Source: Parcubacteria group bacterium (GTDB lineage Bacteria > Patescibacteriota > Minisyncoccia > Moranbacterales > UBA2206). From it: 64,000 nt of DNA. Below, piece by piece: positions 20,599 to 30,579 of the stretch. Below the pieces are notes generated by a model, which made no database searches, had not been told where the DNA came from, and saw nothing but the letters and a program-made list of their open reading frames with translations. The first letter of the stretch is position 1. Each line of letters begins with the position of its first letter. Both the position numbers and the translations under genes were made by a program. The DNA is taken from NCBI GenBank assembly GCA_041675165.1, contig JBAYUI010000002.1, forward strand, positions 376-64,375, in the 5' to 3' direction.

Positions 20599-22029
20599 AT
20601 GGCAATTTTATTAAGTGAATATTTAGGAGTAGATGCAAAAACTTTAAAAAATAAAGGCGTGTTCGACATGGTTATAGGGATAGATACGAAACTCTTTATT
20701 GATCCTCTTTTATTCAAAAAATGTGGAATTGCAGAATTTGTAGATTCCCGAAAAAAAATAATATTATATTTTAAAAAAGTTGTATCTCTTATAAAATATT
20801 TTTCAAACGATAGGGCACGTGAAGCTGCCATTCAATTGCTTACCTTTCCGGAACCTAAGGGCGTATCAATTGGTTATGGTTCAGACAATGATGATGGAAA
20901 TGCGATTGGACCAAAACTTGCAAAGCGACTAGCTGAATCTGGTCGAGAGATTTACGAAATGGGGATAGAAGATCCAGAAATATTTGAATTATTAGGATTA
21001 TTTGAAGAAGATTTTGGTCCTGACAGACTAAGTGATATGATAATAAATATAGTGTTATCTGATTTTTTTCGATATACTGAAAGAATTTGCGATGAACTTA
21101 AAATTAAACATACTTATGAATTTTTCCATGAGGATCATGAATTTTATTTGCCTCAACATCCCGATAAGCATGGATATTTGATATTTATTCCTGAGAAATT
21201 TCTTAGAAATTTGCCCGTAGCTTCTTCATGGGAGGAGGTGTGCGAATCCGCTCGATTTAATCAGGAATTGAGGAATCGTTTGAACAAGATGATGGCGGGT
21301 GTATTTAAAGGAAGCCATAGTAAAACAACAAAAAAACAATTAAGAGAGATTATTTTTAATAATAAAAATAATGTAAAGGAGCTTCTGGATGTGTATAAGG
21401 AGCTTGATCCGAGTGCATATGATTTTTTAGCTGATGTCCAGGGACACGGATTGTGGTATCAGAAGGGGAAAGAGATATTCGAAAAATATTATGAGTCTGA
21501 AAAATGCGAGAAACCAAAAAACATATGCGACCTTGATTCGTTTGTAGTGCGCATGATCAATCAATATAAGAGGGCAATTGAGGAAGTGGGCGCGAATAAA
21601 ATTTTATACTCTTTTAAAAAAGACAAATTTCATCCACATCGAGAGGAAATTGCTCAGCTTGTATTCTTGATTGTTGCAGATCTGAATTGCCAAAAGCAAG
21701 GAGTGTTTCTCGCCAGAGAATCAAATTATGGGCATGGCCCAGTAGATTTCTCCTTGGGGATAGGATATGATGAAAAAATTTTGGTGGAAATTAAAAAAAG
21801 TTCTAACCCTAATCTAATAAAGGGTTATATGGCACAACTTCCTGATTATGAAAAAAGTGAACATTCTGCAAAAAGTTATTTCGTAGTTTTGATTGTTGAT
21901 GAAAATAAAGAAAAAATCAAAAGACTTCTATCTAAAAAAACAGAGGCTAATAAAGAAGGGAAGAAATCCCCTGATATTATACTTATAGATGCAACAATTA
22001 AACCGTCTCCTAGTAAGCTAAGAACTTAA
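20599..22029 (+). CDS. Hypothetical protein with C-terminal PD-(D/E)XK nuclease-like motif
   Basis: RE...G.GPVDF...ILVEIKKS; AT-rich; DTKLFIDP N-terminus. Confidence 0.75.
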   Translation: MAILLSEYLGVDAKTLKNKGVFDMVIGIDTKLFIDPLLFKKCGIAEFVDSRKKIILYFKKVVSLIKYFSNDRAREAAIQLLTFPEPKGVSIGYGSDNDDGNAIGPKLAKRLAESGREIYEMGIEDPEIFELLGLFEEDFGPDRLSDMIINIVLSDFFRYTERICDELKIKHTYEFFHEDHEFYLPQHPDKHGYLIFIPEKFLRNLPVASSWEEVCESARFNQELRNRLNKMMAGVFKGSHSKTTKKQLREIIFNNKNNVKELLDVYKELDPSAYDFLADVQGHGLWYQKGKEIFEKYYESEKCEKPKNICDLDSFVVRMINQYKRAIEEVGANKILYSFKKDKFHPHREEIAQLVFLIVADLNCQKQGVFLARESNYGHGPVDFSLGIGYDEKILVEIKKSSNPNLIKGYMAQLPDYEKSEHSAKSYFVVLIVDENKEKIKRLLSKKTEANKEGKKSPDIILIDATIKPSPSKLRT

Positions 22030-22099
22030 AATAAAAACAAGATTCGGCAAATAGGTCGATGCCGATATAATTCGAAATAATAACTAATAAAAAAATAAA

Positions 22100-22273
22100 A
22101 TGAACAGACTTGAAGTTTATCAAGGTAACGATGGAAAATATTACTGCAGGCTTGTGGCAAGCAATAATACTATTGTATGCTGGACAGAGGGATACAATTC
22201 ACACGAGAATGCCCTAAAGGCAGCAATGTGGATAAAAAAGAATGCTGGTTTTGCCATCATCATGGAAAAATAA
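22100..22273 (+). CDS. YegP/DUF1508-like small protein
   Basis: Translated by hand: MNRLEVYQGNDGKYYCRLVASNNTIVCWTEGYNSHENALKAA... Confidence 0.75.
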   Translation: MNRLEVYQGNDGKYYCRLVASNNTIVCWTEGYNSHENALKAAMWIKKNAGFAIIMEK

Positions 22274-22657
22274 TTTCACATTTCATTAGAACCTGAGGAA
22301 TGACTTATGCTGTCGTTGGATATAAAACTACGATGATTGCGGATTTTACCCGCGGGACATAAGAACAATGATTCCAATTGTGATTGAAGAAGTTATTTTG
22401 CAAGAACCAGCTCGATTAGGGCTGGTTTTTGTTTCCACTGGAATTCCCCGTTTGTGTTGTCTGGGATTTTTGATAAGCTCAAGGGTGAGAAAGAGCTGAT
22501 TTTTTTGAAGGAGAAAAATATCAAGCATTGCATCGGCTTTGAAAATAGATGAAATTGTTGAAAGAATTAATTCATGAATTAACTCCTGAATTTTAAAAGG
22601 GCAAACTCCGCTTTGAGGAATTTGCCCTTTTGTTTTTTGCGATACAAGCCAACTGGA

Positions 22658-23338
22658 TCAGATTTGTTTTCTGCCCAACTTGATGTCGATAGCCTCGAAG
22701 ATGTATTTGACGTATTCGGTGATTGTCATGCCTTCTGGTCGGGCACTCGGATCGTTTTCTGTGGATTCATCGGCGCGACGCAAGATTTCTTGCACCTGTT
22801 CGTCATCGAAACTGATGAGGCCGAGGAAATGATATTTTCCGAGCTCAAGCGCCAGGTCTTCCCATTCTTTGAGACCGGAGCAGGCGCCGGAACAGAAAAT
22901 TTGGAAGTGATGGCCTCTCTGGGATATGAAATAGAAAAACAGTTCGGCCGAGCCGCCCCATTCGCCGTTTTTCGGATTACGGCTTTCATGGGAACAGATA
23001 TGATTCTTGTGACGCGTCGTACGAGCCACTTTCTCCTGGCAGAAAATCCTGCAATTATTCTCGAAATCTTCACTAGGAAAACTTTTGCCGATTTTTTCTA
23101 CGAACCCGAAATGATGTTGGGCCTGGTAGAAAATACTGGTGCTCCAGACCGCGCGGCGCTCGGGAACCGCAGTCAGGCCATTTTCCAGCATCAGCGTCAG
23201 CACATCTTCGGTTGCGCCGGCAAAGGTTCTCTCTATCCACCGATCATCATTATTGAAAAAGCGCCGGTAGAGTTCAGGATGATCCTTCTCCTTGACTATG
23301 ATTGGAGCAAGGTCTTCGATTCTGTTGATTGATGACAT
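22658..23338 (-). CDS. Hypothetical protein
   Basis: Long ORF, ATG at 23338 with GAAGGAG SD; downstream hairpin at about 22596-22640. Confidence 0.7.
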   Translation of the reverse strand: MSSINRIEDLAPIIVKEKDHPELYRRFFNNDDRWIERTFAGATEDVLTLMLENGLTAVPERRAVWSTSIFYQAQHHFGFVEKIGKSFPSEDFENNCRIFCQEKVARTTRHKNHICSHESRNPKNGEWGGSAELFFYFISQRGHHFQIFCSGACSGLKEWEDLALELGKYHFLGLISFDDEQVQEILRRADESTENDPSARPEGMTITEYVKYIFEAIDIKLGRKQI

Positions 23339-23483
23339 GGCATCTCTCCTTCTCGTTTGATTTTTTTGGTTAGGTACAACGTTGATTAAAACAACATTGC
23401 ATAGTACCATCTGTACTATTTTGTGTCAAGCAGCTGAAATTTACCGTTTCAAAACACTAAACTGGAAAAAAAGTGGCCACATC

Positions 23484-23514
23484 GGTCGTGCAGGTTCGAG
23501 TCCCGCTCTGGGCA
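23484..23514 (+). pseudogene. 3' fragment of a tRNA (Leu-like), probable att scar
   Basis: GCAGG-TTCGAGT-CCCGC-TCTGGGCA T-arm and acceptor half with no 5' half. Confidence 0.7.
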
Positions 23515-23759
23515 CGATAAAATATGAAAGAGACTTTTTGCTGGTCTCTTTTTTATTGCGCTGGAATTTTCCGGCAGGGAACAAATTTTCCATAGCCTAC
23601 AAATGCCTGAAGCAAGCTGTTTTTAGCACTACTATTGACTTTTTGTCAAAAATGTGCTATTATTCTTAGAATTCTGAAAAATGGATTCGATCGGTAAATA
23701 AGTTCTTTTCAGCGCATCTTTTGGCTGACAAATTGAAAACCTTTTACGGAGGAACGGAA

Positions 23760-24128
23760 ATGATGGAGAATAAGATGAAAGAAGCTGAAATTGAGGAAGA
23801 AGGTTTTTGGGACTATGCGAGAATGACAATCGCGTCATTGGTAGCAGTTGCCTTTCTTTGTATCTTGGGCGTGCATTTTTTCTTCGGAATAGATGCGCTT
23901 TATCAAGATGGTCATTTCAGCTATGAGCTTGGAAATCATCCTGGCGTGACAGAAATCAGCAGCATTTGCAGGAGGGATTTTTTTCCGGAAATAATTCAAG
24001 AGGAGTCTGCCACATCAAACGCTTTGGGGCCTATTATGCCTAAGGAGAGTGATTTGACGGGGGAATGGTTTTCAGGGAGACTTGTATGGCCTGCTATCTG
24101 GCTAGAAAAATCAGAAAAGGAGAAATGA
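23760..24128 (+). CDS. Hypothetical single-TM protein
   Basis: GGAGG SD; TM segment; TTGACT/TATTAT promoter-like pair upstream (from about 23635). Confidence 0.65.
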   Translation: MMENKMKEAEIEEEGFWDYARMTIASLVAVAFLCILGVHFFFGIDALYQDGHFSYELGNHPGVTEISSICRRDFFPEIIQEESATSNALGPIMPKESDLTGEWFSGRLVWPAIWLEKSEKEK

Positions 24129-24131
24129 CGC

Positions 24132-24287
24132 ATGTACAATAAGGAAGAAGGCGGCAATGTCCCGTCTACAAAAACGGAAACGGGCAAAGGGACTATAAGC
24201 CCATATAGCCAATATTCCCAAAAAGATAGGGAGGAGATTTATCAAGTCCTTGAAGGAGTGAAGAAAGTTCTAGATTCCATGTTTTAG
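24132..24287 (+). CDS. 51-aa hypothetical protein
   Basis: AAGGAG SD then ATG immediately after the previous stop; followed by a terminator. Confidence 0.45.
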   Translation: MYNKEEGGNVPSTKTETGKGTISPYSQYSQKDREEIYQVLEGVKKVLDSMF

Positions 24288-24313
24288 GAGGCGGTAATCC
24301 GCTGGAAAATGGA

Positions 24314-24351
24314 ATAGCCATTCGTCAAAATCTGACGGACGGCTATTTTTT
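24314..24351 (+). terminator. Intrinsic terminator
   Basis: aatagcc...ggctatt stem followed by a T run. Confidence 0.6.
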
Positions 24352-24425
24352 ATTCTCGTGGATTGTCAATCGGCTCCGAAATGGTATAATTATAACAGAT
24401 AAAAAAACAAAATTAGAAGCGTGGA

Positions 24426-25733
24426 ATGAATGATCCGATAATCCAGGTCGACCATTTGAAAGTTATTTATAACAAGGGCAAACAGAACGAAGTGCGCTCT
24501 CTTTTTGATGTGAGCGTGAAGATCTATCCGAAGGAATACGTCATCATCTATGGCCCGTCCGGCTGCGGCAAATCCACCTTGCTCTATTCAATGTCGGGGC
24601 TCCAAGCTCCGACCGAAGGACAGGTCATGGTGGAAGGCAAAAATCTATCCAATATATCCAAAAAAGACATGGTGGAATTGCATCAGGTCGGCATCGGAAT
24701 GATCTTCCAGGCTTTTTATCTGATCGCATCCTTGAGTGTTTTGGAAAATGTCTGTCTGCCGAAAGTTTTCCGCGGAGAATCCAAGAAAGAGCGACAGGAA
24801 GAGGGTATAAAATTGTTACATCGTTTCAGCATTGTGGAGCAGGCCAAAAAATTTCCCAGCGAACTTTCCGGCGGACAGCGCCAACGGGTGTCCATTGCTC
24901 GATCATTGGTCAACAATCCGCAGATCATTTTTGCCGATGAACCTGTGGGAAACCTCGACTCGGAATCTTCGGAAAATGTGATGCGGATCTTGAAAGAGCT
25001 CAATGAGGTGGACAAGAAAACTATCATTCTGGTGACCCACAACCCAGATCATCTGCACTATGCCGATCGGATCATCTATATGAAAGATGGCAAGGTGGTC
25101 AAAGAAGAAGTGAACAAGGAAAAGCGTCCGATAGATGCCATCAATATTCCGGAAGTCAATTACGGAGAGCTTTCCAATGAATTGAAATTGCTTATGCGCA
25201 CTTTCAAGAACTTGAGTCTGGCGCAGATTGGATCTTTAATGGTGCCCTTTAAAGCGAATCAGCTGATGTCGCATATCTTGTCAGAACTCAGCCGTGAACA
25301 GGTGCAAACGGCGGAAGGTTATCTGAAAGAATTTTTGTTCAAAAATATCGACGCGGAAACCCTGTTTAAAGATTTGGATATGAAATATGAGGCTGGCGGG
25401 GCGGACTGGAACAGAAGAAGGGCGCAATCGTTCATCGAAAGAGTGACGGCCATCACCGAACTCTCAAGGATAATAACGGAAAAGAACGAGACTGAATCGT
25501 CGGAAGCGATGGCGATCTATTTGACGCGGTTGTTCAAATTGAAATTGGATAAAGAAACTGGGAAGATCCTCGCCTCCTTCTTGCGGTTGCGGATCAGGAA
25601 TAAGATCGACAGGGAAGAGCTGGAAAAAAGATTGGATGCTCCGAAAAGGCTGGGTGGCGCGGGGATGCACAGCGTTACAGCGGATAAGATTTCCCGCGAA
25701 GTGGAAATCATTATGCTTATGAAATATAGTTGA
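24426..25733 (+). CDS. ABC transporter ATP-binding protein (LolD/MacB type) with C-terminal extension
   Basis: GPSGCGKST, LSGGQRQR, ADEPVGNLD, VTH. Confidence 0.93.
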   Translation: MNDPIIQVDHLKVIYNKGKQNEVRSLFDVSVKIYPKEYVIIYGPSGCGKSTLLYSMSGLQAPTEGQVMVEGKNLSNISKKDMVELHQVGIGMIFQAFYLIASLSVLENVCLPKVFRGESKKERQEEGIKLLHRFSIVEQAKKFPSELSGGQRQRVSIARSLVNNPQIIFADEPVGNLDSESSENVMRILKELNEVDKKTIILVTHNPDHLHYADRIIYMKDGKVVKEEVNKEKRPIDAINIPEVNYGELSNELKLLMRTFKNLSLAQIGSLMVPFKANQLMSHILSELSREQVQTAEGYLKEFLFKNIDAETLFKDLDMKYEAGGADWNRRRAQSFIERVTAITELSRIITEKNETESSEAMAIYLTRLFKLKLDKETGKILASFLRLRIRNKIDREELEKRLDAPKRLGGAGMHSVTADKISREVEIIMLMKYS

Positions 25734-25737
25734 TTTT

Positions 25738-26946
25738 ATGAAATTCAAAGACCTATTCCTATTATCCACCCGGATGTTCAAGGCGCGGCCGTCGCGGACT
25801 TTTTTGACGATCCTCGGAATGAGTGTTGGTATTGGGGCGATCCTTTTCTTGGTTTCTTTCGGTTATGGTTTGCAAAGGACGCTTTTGCAAAAAATCACCA
25901 CTTCCGATTCACTTCTGACGCTGGATGTGACCTCGGACCGATCCAAAGGGGTGTCGCTTGATCAAGCGGCAGTGGACAAGATCGGCGCGGTCGGCGGCGT
26001 GGTTAAGGTCAGTCCCGCCTATCAGCTGGATACGCGCGGAAACATCGATAGCCTTTCCGCCGATTTTACGGCGATGGTGGTGGAACCCGATTATATAAAA
26101 CTGGGAGGGCTTAAGGCGTCAGCCGGAATTTTATTGAGCGACAATGACCCGACAGGGATTGCCATCTCCACTTCTACGGCCAAGATCTTCGGCAAGGAAC
26201 CCGTCGAACTTATCGGTAAAAATATCAATCTGTCTTTTTCCACGCCCAAAAATTCCAACGGAAAATCCGATACTAGTAATAATGCGGAAAAAATAACCAT
26301 TCCGGAAAGCCAGTTTAAGATCTTGGGAGTTTTCGATAGTGATGACAGTTTGATATATGCCAACGCCAAGGCTTTCAGCGGTACGCAGGCGACTGTTTTC
26401 AGCCAATTGAAAGTGAAATGCCAAGAGAGCAAGATAATGCCGGGAATACAAGGTGAGATAAAAAACTTAGGATTTTCCGTTTCTTCCATTTCTGACACAG
26501 TCGATCAGGCCAACAAGATATTCGGAATAATAAAAGTGATCCTTATGCTTTTCGGCTGTATCGCGCTTATCGTCAGCGCCATCGGAATGTTCAACACAAT
26601 GACTATCACGCTTTTGGAGCGGACGGAAGAGATTGGAATCATGAAATCCATCGGAGCATCGAATTCGATGATTTCTTGGATGTTCATTATGGAAGCAACC
26701 ATTATGGGATTTTTAGGGGGGCTTATTGGGATCATCATCGGTTGGGTGGAGGGCCAAGCTTTCAATCTGATCATTAATCTAGTGGCGAACCATTTTGGTG
26801 GAGAAAAAGTCAGCCTGTTCTATAGTCCGTTATGGTTTGTCTCGGCTGTTATCGCCTTTTCCGCTTTCGTCGGACTTCTGACGGGGATTGTGCCGGCGCG
26901 GCGTGCGAGTAAGATCGATCCGTTGGAGGCGTTGAGGTATAAATAA
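25738..26946 (+). CDS. ABC transporter permease (MacB/FtsX family)
   Basis: RTFLTILG, ERTEEIGIMKSIGA, PARRASKIDPLEALRY. Confidence 0.93.
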   Translation: MKFKDLFLLSTRMFKARPSRTFLTILGMSVGIGAILFLVSFGYGLQRTLLQKITTSDSLLTLDVTSDRSKGVSLDQAAVDKIGAVGGVVKVSPAYQLDTRGNIDSLSADFTAMVVEPDYIKLGGLKASAGILLSDNDPTGIAISTSTAKIFGKEPVELIGKNINLSFSTPKNSNGKSDTSNNAEKITIPESQFKILGVFDSDDSLIYANAKAFSGTQATVFSQLKVKCQESKIMPGIQGEIKNLGFSVSSISDTVDQANKIFGIIKVILMLFGCIALIVSAIGMFNTMTITLLERTEEIGIMKSIGASNSMISWMFIMEATIMGFLGGLIGIIIGWVEGQAFNLIINLVANHFGGEKVSLFYSPLWFVSAVIAFSAFVGLLTGIVPARRASKIDPLEALRYK

Positions 26947-26976
26947 AAAAAGTATTTTTATTTTGTTGAAAAATAA

Positions 26977-27002
26977 AACCAGTCCGAAAAACGACTGGTT
27001 TT
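26977..27002. terminator. Bidirectional terminator
   Basis: aaaaccagtc...gactggtttt between convergent genes. Confidence 0.7.
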
Positions 27003-27010
27003 GTCCATTG

Positions 27011-27093
27011 TGCCGAAAGAGAGAATCGAACTCTCATGGGATTGCTCCCGCGCGATTTTGAGTCGCGTGCGTCTACCGTTCCGCCATTTCGGC
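27011..27093 (-). tRNA. tRNA-Leu(CAA)
   Basis: GCCGAAA acceptor, CGCGA-CT-CAA-AA-TCGCG anticodon arm, long variable arm, GTTCGATT. Confidence 0.95.
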
Positions 27094-27146
27094 AAATTTT
27101 GTATTTTACTTGTTCTATAGTACAATAAAGACAATACTTAGACATT

Positions 27147-27938
27147 ATGGCAAAAATAATTTCATTAGTCAACCAAAAGGGCGGGGTGGGCAAAACCACT
27201 TCGGCTATCAATCTGGCGACGTATCTGGCGTCCGCGGGGAAGTTCGTGCTGCTATGCGATCTTGATCCGCAGGGCAATGCTTCGTCCGGATTGGGATTGG
27301 ACGTGCGCAGCATCAAAAAGAGCCTCTATCATTCGATGATAATGGGGGAGCATCCTTCCAAAATAATCATCCGGACGGAAACTTTCGGACACGACCTCAT
27401 TCCCGCTTCGCAAGATCTGGCCGGAGCGGGCATCGAGTTGGTGCATATGGAGAATCGAGAATTCCGACTGTATAATGTTTTGCGAGAGATCCGCACCAAT
27501 TATGACTACATCATCATCGATTCTCCGCCGAGCCTTGGCCTCTTGACGATCAACGGCCTCGTGGCCAGTGATGAGATTATTATTCCGGTACAAACTGAAT
27601 ATTTCGCCTTGGAGGGCTTGAGCCAGCTTCTGAATACGATCGATCTGGTGCGCGAAAATTTGCAGCCGAATTTGAAGATTATGGGCGCGCTCCTCACGAT
27701 GTATGATAAGCGCAACCGTTTGGCTCGCCAAGTGGTGCGCGAGATCCAAGATCATTTTCCGGGGCATGTTTTCGATTCTGTCGTGCCGCGTTCGGTCAGA
27801 TTGGCGGAAGCTCCTGGATTTGGAAAATCAATTTTGAGTTTTGATTCTTTGTCCAAGGGGGCGCGAGCGTATAAGAATTTGGCGCGGGAAATCATCGAAA
27901 TGGACAAGAAAGATAGTCGGAAAGGATTTTCGGTCTGA
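27147..27938 (+). CDS. parA: Chromosome partitioning ATPase ParA/Soj
   Basis: NQKGGVGKTT, DLDPQGNA, DSPPSLG, VQTEYFALEG. Confidence 0.97.
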   Translation: MAKIISLVNQKGGVGKTTSAINLATYLASAGKFVLLCDLDPQGNASSGLGLDVRSIKKSLYHSMIMGEHPSKIIIRTETFGHDLIPASQDLAGAGIELVHMENREFRLYNVLREIRTNYDYIIIDSPPSLGLLTINGLVASDEIIIPVQTEYFALEGLSQLLNTIDLVRENLQPNLKIMGALLTMYDKRNRLARQVVREIQDHFPGHVFDSVVPRSVRLAEAPGFGKSILSFDSLSKGARAYKNLAREIIEMDKKDSRKGFSV

Positions 27939-28121
27939 ACCACTGATTGTCACATGAGGGCGCATGATTACACTGAATTGAAAAGACTTTTATTGGAAGA
28001 ATTGTTTGAATGCGGCGTTGAATAATCCTAATTTATATTTTATTTATTTAAAAAACATTAACCATTATTGATTTTAATTCACGTGTAATCAGGAAAATCA
28101 CGTGATAATCAGTGGTTCAGA
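27934..28121. repeat. Palindromic element family A copy 2, with ~95-bp AT-rich centre
   Basis: tctgaaccactgatt...aatcagtggttcaga; arms homologous to 209-305. Confidence 0.8.
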
Positions 28122-28126
28122 ATCTT

Positions 28127-29080
28127 ATGGCACAAAACTATGGACTCGGGAGGGGATTATCTTCTCTTATCCCGCAAAAAAGCAAATCCGTTGATGAGGC
28201 GGGAGCAACGATAGACGGACCCAAAGAGGACTTCAACTATTTCGGAAACCGGCCGGCGGCCAAAGCGGTTGCGGAAGATGATATGCCGGTTGAGCAGACG
28301 ATTTCAACAGGCAAGGAATCCGTCCAAGAGATCAATGTTTCCGACATCGTTCCCAATCCTCAACAACCTAGGACAGAATTCAATGTGGAAAAATTGCAGG
28401 AGCTGGCGGATTCGATCAAGACTCATGGAATCATTCAACCTTTGATCGTTACGAAAAAAGACGTGGGGTTTGAGTTGATTGCGGGCGAAAGAAGATTGCA
28501 AGCCGCGAAATTAGCGGGTCTTGCGACCGTGCCTGTCATTTCGCGTGTGGCGGATGAGCAGAATAAACTGGAATTAGCCATTATTGAAAATGTGCAGCGG
28601 CATGATTTGAATGTGATTGAAGAGGCGGCTTCATACAAGAAGCTGGCGGAAGAATTTGGACTCAGCCAAGAAGCGGTGGCCCTCAAGATGGGGAAGAGTC
28701 GGAGCGCAGTGGCGAACAAGATGCGCTTGCTCACTTTGCCGATCGAAATCCAAAAGGCGCTTATCGCGGGAAAGATAACCGAAGGGCATGCCAAATTGCT
28801 TCTGGCCATTCCTAATCCTGAAAAACAGCGGGCTTTTTATGAAATGATTTTGAAAGACAAGCTCACTGTCCGTCAGACGGAGAGCCGGACCAATGAAATT
28901 TCCGTGCGCACGCACAAAAGAAAAGTGTCGATCGATCCTGAAGTGAAAAGCTTGGAAGATAATTTTTCAGCCATTCTCGGCACCAAGGTCAAAATCAAAA
29001 AAGCCGGCGGCGGCGGTCGGATCATCATTGAATATTATTCCCAAGAAGAATTGGATGGGATTTTGGGGAAGATCAAGTAG
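28127..29080 (+). CDS. parB: Chromosome partitioning protein ParB/Spo0J
   Basis: GLGRGL, PNPQQPR, GIIQP, AGERR, ENVQRHDL, HTH. Confidence 0.97.
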   Translation: MAQNYGLGRGLSSLIPQKSKSVDEAGATIDGPKEDFNYFGNRPAAKAVAEDDMPVEQTISTGKESVQEINVSDIVPNPQQPRTEFNVEKLQELADSIKTHGIIQPLIVTKKDVGFELIAGERRLQAAKLAGLATVPVISRVADEQNKLELAIIENVQRHDLNVIEEAASYKKLAEEFGLSQEAVALKMGKSRSAVANKMRLLTLPIEIQKALIAGKITEGHAKLLLAIPNPEKQRAFYEMILKDKLTVRQTESRTNEISVRTHKRKVSIDPEVKSLEDNFSAILGTKVKIKKAGGGGRIIIEYYSQEELDGILGKIK

Positions 29081-29177
29081 ATTACGAACTACGAAATGAA
29101 CGAAATACGAAAAAGTCTTCATTCTAGGCGGAGTCTCCTTTTTGAGGCCGTAGCCTTGGAAGCAGAAATGCGGTATT

Positions 29178-29231
29178 AGACACTGGGTGTCTAGCGCTAC
29201 TTAATCCTTCGCCTCGAGACACCCAGTGTCT
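29178..29231. repeat. REP-like inverted doublet
   Basis: agacactgggtgtct (29178-29192) and agacacccagtgtct (29217-29231). Confidence 0.7.
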
Positions 29232-29528
29232 GAGGGGTGCCGTCTTTCTTATGGATACTCTTGCATTAAAATGCCTTAAATCAGGCATTTTTTCGACAAG
29301 TCCTGGACAAAAAGTTGATTTGGGTGTATAATACACAGTTAGTATAAATTGTCCCTTAAAAACCCAATTTCGCGCTTTGCCACAGCAGAAAGAGTTTTTC
29401 TGAGAAGAATTTTTTCTGCTGTGGCGAAACCGTGGTGGTTAGCTTGACAGCGAACATTAAATTGATAAGTCTGTGACTCTGATTATTTAAATTGGAGCGA
29501 GGGACAAATCAGGAATGGAGGCAATATC

Positions 29529-30227
29529 ATGGCAAAGAGCAAAAAGCAGGTAGAAGCTATTTCTTCAGGAATGGGAGTTTTCGTAACAATTATTTCTGGA
29601 CTAGTTGAACTTGTGAAAAGTTTCGGTGGTTCAATAGAAGATTTATATTATCTGGGAACCCCCGAAGGCAGACAAAAGCTGGAAGCTGTCGCACGCGTCA
29701 TTGTTGAGAAGGCGAAGGAGGAAAAGTTGAAACCAAAATCTATCGAACGCTTTCGCATCATCAATGAAACGACTATCATGGTCAACCTTGATGCCCCTCT
29801 CATTTTGCCATTTAATGGAGCAGAGATTGAGTTTCAGATCGGCAGCGGCTGGGTGAAAGTTGAGAAACGGACGGATGGCCTGTATGTGGATGGCTGCAAA
29901 GTTATTCTGCATTTGGTCGAACGCCAAAAAGGCGGAAAAGTCATTAAGGGATATGAGCTTCGAGAAGAACTGTCGGGAAAGCGCGTGCTTCACCCGAACA
30001 TTATGGACGCTCTTTTTGAAAATCAATACATGATTCCCGCTGACTGGAAGAAGGATGAAAGTGGGAATATTCGATTTATCTTTTTCTGGGCAGTAATCTT
30101 TCGCCGCGCCGTTGGTAAGCTCTATGTCCGCTGTTTCTACTTCAGCGATGGTGAGTGGTTTCGGGGCTTCCGCTGGCTCGGCGACGACTGGGGCTCCTTC
30201 AGCCCCGCGGCTTTGCTCGCAAGTTAG
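29529..30227 (+). CDS. Probable DGR target protein with C-terminal variable region (CLec-like)
   Basis: C-terminus LYVRCFYFSDGEW.RG.RWLGDDW....PAALLAS; 30101-30220 has only 10 A in 120 nt and many NNC codons; sits next to TR, avd and RT. Confidence 0.8.
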   Translation: MAKSKKQVEAISSGMGVFVTIISGLVELVKSFGGSIEDLYYLGTPEGRQKLEAVARVIVEKAKEEKLKPKSIERFRIINETTIMVNLDAPLILPFNGAEIEFQIGSGWVKVEKRTDGLYVDGCKVILHLVERQKGGKVIKGYELREELSGKRVLHPNIMDALFENQYMIPADWKKDESGNIRFIFFWAVIFRRAVGKLYVRCFYFSDGEWFRGFRWLGDDWGSFSPAALLAS

Positions 30228-30301
30228 AACTCAGTGCTAAGTTACTCGGATCTAGCCCTTGGAAACTTAGTCCTAAAAATTTTGAAAATGAGGTGATGAA
30301 C

Positions 30302-30335
30302 AAAAGCCTTTCGAAAATTATTTCGAAAGGCTTTT
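30302..30335. terminator. Perfect 15-bp stem hairpin after the target gene
   Basis: aaaagcctttcgaaa-atta-tttcgaaaggctttt. Confidence 0.7.
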
Positions 30336-30579
30336 AAATTTTTGTGCTACAATAAAGTTGGTAGTAGGGAAGCATGCGGGCGATTACGGTTTCCCGCTTC
30401 CGAATCCAGTATCCATACACTCCGGAATATCCACGATTACGGTTTTGGATAGTGTGAGGTATGCAGAAACTTCAAAAAAATGAAGATACTTGGTGCGAAA
30501 TGCCAGGGCATTTAAGATGTCGAATGAGATACAGCTCGGAGAGTAGTCGATGAGCAGTGGTAAAGAAGGTATTCCGTAC

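Noticed and set aside
28074-28112. CACGTG-centred motifs between parA and parB as parS sites
   Set aside because: Flanks do not fit TGTTTCACGTGAAACA, and the same motifs occur in the family A repeat at 209-305.
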